Part shown: one piece after another, positions 12,200-23,149 of the stretch
Layout of the letters: each line of letters begins with the position of its first letter
Numbering within the stretch: the first letter of the stretch is position 1
From: Octopus bimaculoides
Lineage: Eukaryota
NCBI RefSeq assembly: GCF_001194135.2
Contig: NC_068982.1
Span: 111,660,760 to 111,707,452 of the forward strand
Length of the DNA: 46,693 bases
Direction: 5' to 3'
Notes under the pieces: generated by a model
Database searches by the model: none
The model's input: only the letters and a program-made list of their open reading frames with translations
What the model was told of the DNA's origin: nothing
Program-made: the position numbers and the translations under genes

Positions 12200-12335
12200 T
12201 TTTTTTACCCCTGCCAAGGAGGTTATGTTTTTGCCGGCGTTGGTTTGGGAAATTGGGCGATTTTCAGCATGCGTATATATGGGTGGAAATGAGCTGCTTG
12301 GCGGAGGTCTGCGCTCTCCGAGTGCTTTTCTAGTT
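12200..12335 (+). mobile_element. Minimal HINE-like unit: second 5'-type terminus plus the 3' terminus
   Basis: ttttacccctgccaaggaggttatgtttttgccggcgttggtttg (12203-12247) resembles the 9816-9860 start and lies about 90 bp upstream of the 3' subTIR and hairpin. Confidence 0.65.
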
Positions 12336-12347
12336 AACTTTGTGAAT

Positions 12348-12572
12348 GCGACGAGCTGGCAAAAGCGTTAGGAGACCAGACAAAATGCCTAGGGACATTT
12401 CGCCCGTCTTTACGTTCTTAGTTTAAATTCTGCGGAGGTCGACTTTGCCTTTCATCATTTCGGGATCGATAAAATAAGTACTACTTAAATTCTGGAGTCG
12501 ATGTAATCGAATTACCCCACCCCAAAGAAAAAAAATATTACTAGTCTTGTGTCAAAATTTGAAACCAATATT
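12348..12572 (+). mobile_element. Short tRNA-derived SINE copy just after the Helentron 3' end
   Basis: gcgacgagctggcaaaagcgttag head; core gaggtcgactttgcctttcatc; tail gtcttgtgtcaaaatttgaaaccaatatt. Confidence 0.85.
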
Positions 12573-12849
12573 TATTAATTTTGGAGTTGTGCCCCTTTCT
12601 TTCTAAAGCTAATGGCCTTTAGCTAAATTTGTGATCTTGTTAAATTAAGTAAACTAGCATCGTCTTGGTTTTATTACTCTATCAAAAATTTAGAGTGTTC
12701 CTTGAGGATGAAAATGAAGTATCTACCCTTCCATAGATATGTCTAGCTGGCATTGAGAGGATGCTCTTTTTTACTCAATGTTTGTTTAGCTCAGCTACAA
12801 CCGGAGATCAGAAAAACAATAATAACGGTAGTTTTTGATATAAGTAAAA

Positions 12850-13150
12850 GGCCCATTGATTTTGAGTGGAGGGGTTAGTCGCCCCCATTGTCTCCAGTAT
12901 TTTGCTTATTCGGCTCGGTGGGATGAAAAGCAAAATTGCTTTCGATGAGATTTGAACTCACTAACCAATGTGTCGGGAAAAAATACAGGGAAATATTTCT
13001 TCGACGACGCTCTAACGTTACTGCTTACGCACCGCTGATATTAACGCCTTCCAATTTAGGCACAAGTTCAGCAATTTCGAATGGTGGGGGTTAGTCGATA
13101 CCTTCGATCTCAGTATTTGAGATATACTTTATTTTATGGACCTCAGAAGG
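12850..13150 (-). mobile_element. Degraded short-SINE copies (two partial)
   Basis: ggatgaaaagcaaaattgct...atttgaactc (~12920-12960) and tail ttaggcacaagttcagcaattt (~13057). Confidence 0.6.
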
Positions 13151-13845
13151 ATGAATGACAAAGGTGACATCATAAAGAGCATAATCGACGCTTTATCTTT
13201 TCTGCTAGTTCTCTGCTTTGCCACCAAAATAATAGTAACAAATGTAACGCGAGAAAGGCGAAAACGAAGATGAAAGGTTGTCATGCACAGAATTAGAAAT
13301 AAAAGTGCTTTAAATATGTTTTTCTTATCTAAATAGTTTGTTTCTATATAACAATTCTTTAAGAAGTATTTTATCCAAGTTGGCCAAATTATTTCTTCCA
13401 CAAAACTAAATTGGAGTTGAAAAATTGCCATTGCGCTGTATAATGACGCCGTGTTTTGCATACATGATAATATACACAGGGCTCTGCCTGTCTATTTTTC
13501 TCTCTGTGTTTCTCTCTTTCTCTGTTTTTCACTCTTTCCTTCTATCTAATATCATATTGAGCTAGTTGTGGCAGTTGATCAGTAAATAACAGACGGTAAA
13601 GAGTAGAAGTAGGAGTGTGGGGCATTCATAGGCCAACTACTTTCCTGAAACTGTTAAAATCTAAGTTGAGAAGTGATGACTGCAGAGATGAGTATCTGTA
13701 GAGAGTTGGCAACTATGGGCGCAGACCATGGTTGAGAGTTAATAACTGTGGGTAACTTTAGAACGTGGGTAGCCTAGATGTAAATTGAATCAACATAGAT
13801 GTAGAGTCAACTTAGTGAAAGTACTGCAGTATTAAGTATCATTAA

Positions 13846-14060
13846 GGCGGCTAGCTGGCTGAATCGTTAGAACGCCACACAAAATGCTAAGCGGCATTTC
13901 GCCCATCTTTACGTTCTGAGTTCAAATTCTGAGGTTGACTTTGCCTTTCATACTTTTGGGGTCGATAAAGTAAGTACTGGTTGATTACTGAGGTCGATGT
14001 AATCGACTTACTTCTTCCCACGAAATTGTTGGTCTTGTGCCAAGATTTGAAACCAATATT
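13846..14060 (+). mobile_element. Short tRNA-derived SINE, full length
   Basis: ggcggctagctggctgaatcgttag head, gagttcaaattc B box, same core and tail as the other copies. Confidence 0.85.
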
Positions 14061-14218
14061 ACGGATAGCATTATTTCTTATTAATAGCAGTATAATATAT
14101 CACAGAAGATGTGCTTTTTTGTTTGTGGTTCCCTAACGTTCTGAAAACAACGACGACTAATTTCATTCACATTTTTCCTGTGCATAAAAACATAGATTAA
14201 AATTGGCAGTGCATATAT

Positions 14219-14355
14219 GTACATACATACATACATACATACATAATACATACATACATACATACATACATACATACATACATACACACGGACATACATA
14301 CATATATACATACATTCATACATACATATATACATACATTCATACATACATACTT

Positions 14356-14447
<92 letters not shown>
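14219..14447. repeat. Compound microsatellite (TACA)n-(CA)n
   Basis: Read directly; it explains the YIHT/THTH/VCVC ORFs. Confidence 0.95.
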
Positions 14448-14449
<2 letters not shown>

Positions 14450-15199
14450 GTATATACATGAACATAAGATTCCGATACCAGAGATTATTCGTGGGAGCAT
14501 TTGCAACCACAATTGGGAACCCCTCGAATGACATCGAAATCTTGTGCGTTTTATTGCAAGGGAGAGTTGCCAACTAATAAAACCAGCAGAAAACAATAAG
14601 TAAAACAAATGGAAGAGAGAGGAGAGGTTGGGGTGGGGTGGGTGGCAATAATATTTAGTTTTGGAAAGAACGAGTAAATATGTGAAAGCGTATTGTGGTG
14701 TAAGTAAATGAAAACTGGACCTGTGTAACAAGTGAATGAATAGACATGTTCAACGTGTTAAATTATATTAATTAGATGAAAAGAAATCACGAACAAAGGA
14801 ATAAGTTGCGAGAACAAGTTAAAGAAGAATTGATAAGGCGAACGAAAATGATTTATTTATGAAAAATTATTGAGGTGGGGTTACGATTAAGGTAGAGGTA
14901 AAGAATGAGTTGATAAAATCAAGTAAAGAGGACTAGAACGAAAGAAGGAATAAGGAGAAAGAAATGAATACATGAAAATAGAATGAGAACGAATGAAAGA
15001 AAAGAGCTGTTAAATGGTTGAAAGGGCAGTTCTATACATGAAATGTTAAAAATTACAGACGAGAAAATAGCGAAGGAATGGCGAATGAAGTATAGAAAAA
15101 TGACGTATGAAAAACGATTGAAGAAAGTTCTTTAATAAGGTATAATATAAATGAGAAAACAGAACGACAAAGTTAAAAAGAAGAAAAAAAGTAGGAGTA

Positions 15200-15620
15200 A
15201 ATCATTCGCACTAGGAAAGGGGTCAATATTCACCAATATAATAAAGCTGGCTTAAAGGGTAATAGGTCTAAGAATAGATACATTTAACAAAAGAATAACA
15301 GCTTCGATCTATAATTTCTTTGGCAACAGACCAAACATAGTTGCTGTTTGTTTACTAACGAAGTGTTCTGTGAGAGTTTTACCAGTTGGTCACTTCCGCT
15401 GGCTTCATTACAACATGACCAGCACTGAATTAGAAATATTGTGCTGAGAATGAAGACGAGGAAAATGAAAGAAAATATATAACTAGAGAAGTGGAACGAA
15501 TGGAGAACACTGATGTGAATAGCTTCCGCTGTAGTTTGGAGATGTGAACTGCTTGTTTACACAAAAGCTCAGCTATCAGACTTTCAACTGTTAGTTGGAG
15601 CAAAACCTACTAATTTTGAC
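15200..15620 (-). pseudogene. Possible LINE ORF2 fragment (EN-RT linker)
   Basis: Minus-strand WSVAKEI resembles FWSLAKxI of the linker region. Weak. Confidence 0.3.
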
Positions 15621-16314
15621 ACACACTATTCATTAGAATTCATACCATTCACAATTAACGGCTAAATTCAAATAATAAGTAAATATATATAACAAATATA
15701 AAATTGTCATCCAGTTATTATATTCTGTACCATTTAATAAATCAGATTAACGAATAATAACAATAAGCTTAAATGAACAATAAATCAGACTTTTGTGATA
15801 TTTTATTCACTTATCTGCCATTGCCAGAAGTGGTAAGGAGATTTAAAAATTAGTTAAGAAAGAGACAGACAAGCACCCTATTCATCACCATATTTTAAAT
15901 GTTGAGCACGAAGCTTTGCTGTAAATATGAAGCGAATTTGAAATTATACACGTGTGAATTGCCACAAAACATGAAATGTATTGTTACTGTTGTAGTCAGT
16001 AGTGTTATACTGGAAGATTACAAGAGGTGATGCTAAAAATTTTCTTTTTTAATCTTCGATCACCGGTGTCTCGACAACAACTCTCACTTTCTCTCTGTCT
16101 CTCTCTCTTTCTCTCTGTCTCTCTCTCTTTCTCTCTGACTCTCTCTCTTTCTCTCTGTCTCTCTCTTTCTATCTCTCACACACATACATACACACATACA
16201 CGCATACATATATATATACATATACATACACATGCATACACATATACTGCTTTGCAGTAAATACTATCTTGTTAAAATTTCTTATGTGCGGTCTTTCAAG
16301 CGACAAAAAGACTT

Positions 16315-16361
<47 letters not shown>

Positions 16362-16639
16362 ATCTGCAGAGAAGAAAAGAGAGTGCCCATGACGTTCTCA
16401 AGACATTCAGTATTAGAGAAATTGCTGTAGTTAATGTTCATCTTGAACCTGTATTTGTGTGTCTGTTAGTGGAGGTACTGTTGAGTTTTCGATATCACAG
16501 AGAAGAAAGATTAGATGAAATGTTTATTGAGGGATCTGGGAGGTTGAACTTATTAAGGGACACAGGAGGCGGAGATAGAAGAGTTAGTTGGGGACGATTG
16601 TCCTTGGGTGGAGAAGCGATAGTATACAGCTAGCTATTT

Positions 16640-17560
16640 CAGGCGAGTAGAAATATTTGTAGTGACGATATAATACACCGAGAGAAGGACCTCGTACCTG
16701 TGAGCTAAAAGGTTATAACATGTTGAAGACTGGATCCTGCCAATAAATCAATTAGATTTTATTTGGGTTCATCTTGGATGTTTGTGGCTGACACAGGAGT
16801 AGAATCTCATGAATATGATGACAACTCGCATGTCGGTTATATTTGAACTTTGTAAATAATTATAGTAATTGATCAGTACTGAAGCATTTCATGTATCTAG
16901 AGAAGTATCATAGTCTGTGTGATGAAATTTTGAGAACGTTATATGTGGAGTTACCATAAGAGGTAATCGAAGATTGCGAGGAATGGTATTTTGAGTGCAA
17001 TATTGAGTGTTGCGTATGACGTAGAAGTATTCCATGATATGAGTAGGGGAAAAGAGCTCGGGCTGTTGAAACCTGTTAAGTCCTCTGTTCATGGTGTCAA
17101 TGAACGTATGGCTTGAGATGTTTAAGCTGTGTGTAGATGGCACCTATTGAGAAGTTGTTAGGCTTGTCAGAAGTATTAGCAAGTAAGTTATTAATTCACA
17201 AATGAGAAATATAGGTGTCATTACGGAAAATTAGGGTATATCAGAGTTAATATAGTGAGGGTTGGAGACTGCTTCGTCATCAAACCTTTCAATGACGTAG
17301 TTTAACAAGACGCCTTTGAACCATATTGTGAAGGAGATAAGCGAGTGACTTCACTCCTCGGAAGTTCTTGTGACAGACACTGTCGAAGGCTTTACGAATG
17401 TCTGCTGTTACATTGCTTTCAGCGAAATTCTCAGGTACTTCCTATCATTGATGAATATCGCAAGAGAGTAAGTCTCCAGTCTACACAGAAATAGTTAAAT
17501 TTGCCCCGTTTATAATATCTGCTACATAGGTTACATATGATTTTACTGAAACCATACTAA
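16640..17560 (-). pseudogene. Possible highly degraded Penelope-like fragment (thumb and GIY-YIG region)
   Basis: Minus-strand IIYKVQ...C...HIHE (~16810-16865) resembles VxYKIxC..C..YIGET; ORF 16889-17143 loosely resembles the RT thumb. Many stops. Confidence 0.35.
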
Positions 17561-17821
17561 CATTCACTGAAGGTGATGCAAGTGTTTTATTGACAACTGT
17601 TTCAATTGTTTTTGAGATGTTGGAATGAAAGCGCTAGATTGTTGGTTGGCAGGATTAAACAATTTTTAATGTTTTTAGAAACTGAACACATCGTAGTATG
17701 TTTCTAAAGATTGGGATAGATATATGGAAAGGAACAGAGAAAGTGGGGAAGTGTGTGTATCTATGAGTGAGAGAGAGTGAGAAAGAGAAAGAGAGAGTCA
17801 AAGAGTAAGAGAGAGGGAAAG

Positions 17822-17877
<56 letters not shown>

Positions 17878-17889
17878 TCTATCTTTAGA

Positions 17890-18660
17890 TGTTGCGATGG
17901 ATAGATACCTTGTATTTTGGGTTACTTTCATGAGGAATTAAGGTGGTGCTTTTTGCTTGTACTATTGTACGCGAATCAACTGAAAGATTTGGCCGCATGA
18001 GCTTTGGCTGTATGAGTAATATTAAGAGATATGACTACGAAGATGGCTTCAATCACCAACTTTGCCGCCTGAGATAGATCAAGGGTGAGAAACACTGGCT
18101 ATATTGGATTGTGGATATAAAGCCAGCGTGGCACCAACCAGTTGAGTTGTAGTGCCAAAGAGCTCGAGTCGAGATTTGCTGTTGGACAACGTATAGTATG
18201 TTGTCTTATTGGACAGTAATTACACGAAACTGAAATATATAAGTAACGGTTAGGTTCCAAGGTGAGGAATATATTGAGTTTATTTGTCAGAGATACAAGT
18301 ATGAGTGGATATTAACTGGTGCTAACGGTTAACGGTGGCAAACGATTCGGTCTCTACATCAGTAACATCGGTGTTGGTGGAGTGCGAGAGCGAGAAGTCT
18401 TTGTGTACTTTGAAGCCCCCAAGAATAATGACTTCAGAGAGAGGTAAGTGAAATAAGTATCTTCAATGTAGTCAAGTAGCTGATTGTGACTGGCTGAGTT
18501 TGGTGTGCGATAGAAGAAATAGTTGAATTTAACGAAAAAGGGGCGAAAAGCCTTTGGGTCAGAACAACTGAAAGTCGTTGATGACTTACGTGGTACGTCT
18601 GGAATTATCCAGTTCGAAATTGTAAAAATAATAGGTATATTAAATTTAGAGACGCGCAAT
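17890..18660 (-). pseudogene. LINE apurinic-endonuclease (APE) domain remnant
   Basis: FFYRTPNS (~18498-18518), then ILGGFKVH (18403-18426, resembling ILGDFNVH), then TD...ESFATVN..QLISTHTCISD (resembling FA..N.L.QLI..PTRIPD). Confidence 0.7.
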
Positions 18661-18749
18661 TTCTGAAGCTTACGAGACGAAAGGAGCAGAAACAGATGGA
18701 ATGGGAAGGAGTGAAAGACAGGTAGAAAAAGAGAAAGAGAAAAAAGGAG

Positions 18750-18867
<118 letters not shown>

Positions 18868-19042
18868 GGCTGAGATACAGAGCGAAAAATAATGATATAC
18901 ACACACATACATGTATGTATGTTAAATTTTACTTCCATGATAATGCTCATTTCAATCCTGTTTGTTGAAGTTAAAGCTGATGCGTGCATTAGAAAATTCG
19001 ATGAGACTCTTCGAAAACAAAAGGTATCATGCAGTGAGAATA

Positions 19043-19427
19043 TGTTGCTGTTGGCACTCCGTCGATTACGACTTCGAGGGTTCCAGTTGATCTGATCAAC
19101 GGAACAGCCTGCTCGTGAAATTAACGTGCAAGTGGCTGAGCATTCCACAGACACGCGTACCCTTAACGTAGTTCTCGGGAGATTCAGCGTGACACAGTGT
19201 GACAAAGCTGACCCTTTGAATTACAGGCACAACAGAAACAGGAAGTAAGAGTGAGAGAAAGTTGTGGTGAAAGAGTACAGCAGGGTTCGCACCATCCCCT
19301 GCCAGAGCCTCGTGGAGCTTTAGGTGTTTTCGCTCAATAAACACTCACAACGCCCGGTCTGGGAATCGAAAGCGCGATCCTATGACCGCGAGTCCGCTGC
19401 CCTAACCACTGGGCCATTGCACCTCCG
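19043..19427 (-). mobile_element. Second copy of the ~390-bp tRNA-derived SINE
   Basis: Colinear and highly similar to 6309-6700. Imperfect TSD gtgagaata (19034-19042) / gtgaaaata (19428-19436). Confidence 0.9.
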
Positions 19428-19449
19428 GTGAAAATAGAGGAAATAAAAT

Positions 19450-21190
19450 CTGTTATCAATCTGAGTAAAAAAAATAAACTCTATGTATCTGAACTGGAAT
19501 AATTAGTGCTGAAGAGAGGGATATAGTTTGTTGATATCGTCAAATTGAACACTTATATATACTTCCAATTAATGAGCCAACAAAGAAAATTACAATAGTT
19601 GAAATAGATGAGTTACAGTTTAGAATTCGAATATTGAAAAATTCAAAGATTCCTAAGCTAACCATTTACAAGCGGAAAAAGAATGTCAGAAAGATCTTCA
19701 AAACTATACCAAAATTCATTATACTATCTACAGACAATGGCTATGTTTCTGATGCATTGCACAGAACAATCGTAAATAACGACTCTTGTATATAAATTAC
19801 CGCAAGTATTGAACTCAAACTGTCAGTTATATTAAAGAAGCCCTGTCTTACCGACAGCCACGTCAGTATGTCATGCTCTGAGCAGTTTGTTGGTTAATGT
19901 TTCTTCTTTCGTAGATAGAACTTCCTCCTGTCTGAAAGTTCAGCTCATAACATACAGCTAATCAAATACATGGCCATTATGTCCTGCCAAATGATTAGTA
20001 TTGATGTATTCAGGTTATTTGTTATAGTTCCAACTGACGAAGCTGTGTCACTTGTCAGAGCCAGACTGGAAGCAAACCAAAGTCATCAAAAAAAAAGGAC
20101 AAATATACCAACGAATAGCATAAAGAAAATTCTGACATTGTGCATAAGAATGGCAAATTTCCATATCAAAAACAAGTTATACATCAAGTGGAAATGACAG
20201 CTGTAGATTCATTATCACCAATAATGCCCCAAATCTATATAAAATACGAGCATTTTGAATATATAATTCTTGAAAGTAGAACAGTAAAACTTTAACTAAA
20301 TTTTTGATACATATATAACACCTTCGACACCAGTAGGATGTCCCATCTCTGCTTAATCATATGGTTTCTTGGAATTCCAGAGAACCATGGAAACTGTTGT
20401 TAGAACATCGGTGTAGAGGAATGCGATAGAAAATAATCTACACCAATGAATCTATGATTAAGCAATACAATTATAAAGAAAGAAATGTCATGATTTCCAC
20501 AGTATAAAGTAAATTAAAACAGAAAACAGTAACAACCTCATTTGAAGAATCTTGCTGAAGAAATATCGAGAATTTGTGGAATGAATAGAACCATATCAGT
20601 CTTTAGAAGTAATTGTACTGCATAGAATCTTCACCAAAAGAAAACGTATGCGGAAGATACTGAAGATTGGATGGTGAACAGACGCAGAAAATGATAGCAA
20701 AGAGGCTCATTATCTTGCTTGGAGAATGTGAGATTTAAAATATTTTTCAAAATACTACGCCCGTATGTATCATTTTACAAGCTGCATTGTCGTTGTCAGG
20801 CGTTGCGGTAAATTGCTCAAACATATCAAGCAACTGTTTGGAGCCTTGGAATAAAGTTAGTCCATAAATGTTGTGCAGGAGTTGTATTAGAATTGTAAAA
20901 TCTCCCATTTGAATTTGTTTATATTGTTTTCTGATATAGCCACAAGGCAAGCAATTTCAGGGGAGTATGGAGCAAAATGTATTCTTGTTTATATCGCTAG
21001 CATGGTGACCTTCCTTTGTTTTATCAATGATGAGCGGTCGACCGCTAGAGGTTTCAGCAAGTCATCTCCCCCGCGAGCGATATATAGAATAACAAGGGCT
21101 GTTTTTGAGCAACTGCTGATTCCAACGATGAAGCTTTCTATCTTGGTTAGGAAGCGCTCCTTCCTTCAAATAATCAAAAATAGAAGAGAG
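19450..21190 (+). pseudogene. Degraded Penelope-like element (RT remnant and 3' terminal repeat)
   Basis: IILSTDNG (~19718) resembles IILPADKG. ORF 19970-20197 ISIDVFRLFVIVPTDEAVSLVRARLE...IKKILTLCIRMANFHIKNKLY resembles the Penelope RT VSFDVxSLFTxVP...LLxLCLxxTYF. LSPIMPQIY (~20215) resembles LSPxxANIYM. Confidence 0.75.
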
Positions 21191-21393
21191 CATACATACA
21201 TATATACATACATGTATGTATGCACACACACACATACATATTAATATTCTCTTGTTGAATAAACCGTTAAGAGAAAGTTAAAGTTTCAGTTGACATCAAT
21301 TTTACAATAATTTGACCCTATTCTCACTAGTGAGTCACCACATCAGTAAATATTCCCCTGTTCTTAAACCTGCTTTAAAATCTCAATCAATTA

Positions 21394-21453
<60 letters not shown>

Positions 21454-21466
21454 GTCTATCTGTCTG

Positions 21467-21534
<68 letters not shown>

Positions 21535-21540
21535 CCTATC
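21394..21540. repeat. (TCTA)n/(TCTG)n tetranucleotide microsatellite
   Basis: Read directly; similar tracts at ~22714-22905 and ~40676-40755. Confidence 0.95.
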
Positions 21541-21551
21541 TGACATATATA

Positions 21552-22096
21552 GGTAAACAAATTTTAGAGGTAATACTTGATAATTGCAAGGACCTGTATA
21601 TGCCAGATAGTGGCCGAGGTGAAATAATAAATTAAAAACGTAAAATTAAAACAGAACACAAAGGATTCCGCGGTACACGTGTTTCAAGCTTTATACACAA
21701 ACAGTCGTTGCATCATTATATGGGTATATAATTGATAGTTTATGTATCAACCTAAAAGATAAACATATTACAATGGATATTACAATGGATAATACCAAGT
21801 GGACTTCCCTTTTTTCTCTCTTTTGTTTCTCTCTCTTTTTCTTTTTTCTTGGTGATTTCTTCTTTGTGATATAATCTTGGGAAAGAATATATTTGCGGCT
21901 GAAAATAGCTTTTGGTGATTTCTTCTTTGTGATATAATCTTGGGAAAGAATATATTTGCGGCTGAAAATAGCTTTATACCATCCTGTCTATCAATTATAT
22001 ACCCATATAATGATGCAACGACTGTTTGTGTATAAAGCTTGAAACACGTGTACCGCGGAATCTTTTGTGTTCTGTTTTAATTTTACGTTTTTAATT
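21552..22096 (+). mobile_element. Penelope-like terminal-repeat insertion with inverted arms and 15-bp TSD
   Basis: Inverted arms 21629-21738 and 21988-22097 (110 bp, one mismatch seen). TSD tatctgacatatata at 21537-21551 and 22097-22111. Internal 63-bp tandem duplication at 21849-21974. Homologous copy at 31770-32086. Confidence 0.7.
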
Positions 22097-22710
22097 TATC
22101 TGACATATATACATATAAACATATACATATAAACATATACATATATATTTTATATATATGTAAATGTGTGTGTACCTATGTGAGTGTAAAATAACAAAGA
22201 AAGATGTTAAGATGTGATCAATTCAATGTGTAATATTTTGAATATGATTAAAGAAAAATACTAATATTTGTAAAAATGTGTTTTTTATTGCAAGATTTTC
22301 AAAAGATATCGAAATATTCGAATTTATTTACAACTATTATACAATATTAATTATTTTGATATTTTAATCTTGTTCATCACATGAGAGATAGTATTCTGCT
22401 GAATAAACATATAAATGTAGAATGATATGAAACAATAAATTAAAGATTCATAGAAATCTATTCTTGACTATTTACTATTGAAACAACTATTAAATAGCAG
22501 TGCAAAAATATTCACCCTTATCCGAAAATACAAAAGTAAACGTTATTTTTCATGATTTACAATGAAACGCCAGATGAAGAATGGGGTAGCTAATAATCTT
22601 CAAATAATCCTCATAGCATTTTCCTCTTGGTCATTCCGCTGGAACATTCTTATCATTTCTTCATTATGAACAGAAATGTCTTTTTGGTGTTCAATAGAAG
22701 GAGAACAGAG

Positions 22711-22812
<102 letters not shown>

Positions 22813-22813
22813 C

Positions 22814-22845
<32 letters not shown>

Positions 22846-22856
22846 TTTATCCATCC

Positions 22857-22906
<50 letters not shown>

Positions 22907-22929
22907 GTGTGCGTGTCTTTGTGTCTGTG

Positions 22930-23115
22930 TTTGCACCCCCCCCCCCACCGTTTGATAATCGGTGTCAGTGTGTTTACATTTCCGTAACTTAGCGGTTTGG
23001 CAAAAGATATCGATAGAATAAGTACTAGACTTTTAAAAAATAAGTAATGAGATCGATTCATTCAAGTAAAATTCTTCAAGGCGGTGTCTCAGTCTAATGA
23101 TTGAAACAAATAAAG
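22930..23115 (+). mobile_element. 3' part of the same third SINE-like family
   Basis: gtgtgtttacatttccgtaacttagcggtttggcaaaagatatcgatagaataagtactag...aggcggtgtctcagtctaatgattgaaacaaataaagataa. Confidence 0.7.
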
Positions 23116-23149
23116 ATAAACAGTATAAAATATAAAATTCAAAGAACTT

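Larger units (their letters stand above)
9816..12335 (+). mobile_element. Helentron (Helitron2), internally deleted, with DINE-1/HINE-type termini
   Basis: 5' subterminal IR cttccgccaag (9820-9830) is followed by a (TCTG)-like tract and a DINE-like core. The 3' subterminal IR cttggcggagg (12297-12307) is complementary at 10/11 positions. A 3' hairpin gcgctc-tcc-gagtgc (12311-12325) precedes the end ttttctagtt. The interior encodes Rep and endonuclease remnants. Confidence 0.85.

Noticed and set aside
14081-14731. Cluster of 80-125 aa ORFs (YIHT, THTH, VCVC)
   Set aside because: These are translations of (TACA)n/(CA)n microsatellites. The same applies to similar ORFs at 9278, 16027-16633, 31189-31651 and 45668.
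22008-22050. TGATG...GAAAC hammerhead candidate in the Penelope-like repeat
   Set aside because: The core deviates (aatgatgc here, aacgatgc in the second copy) and no stem II is evident. Not supportable without a consensus.
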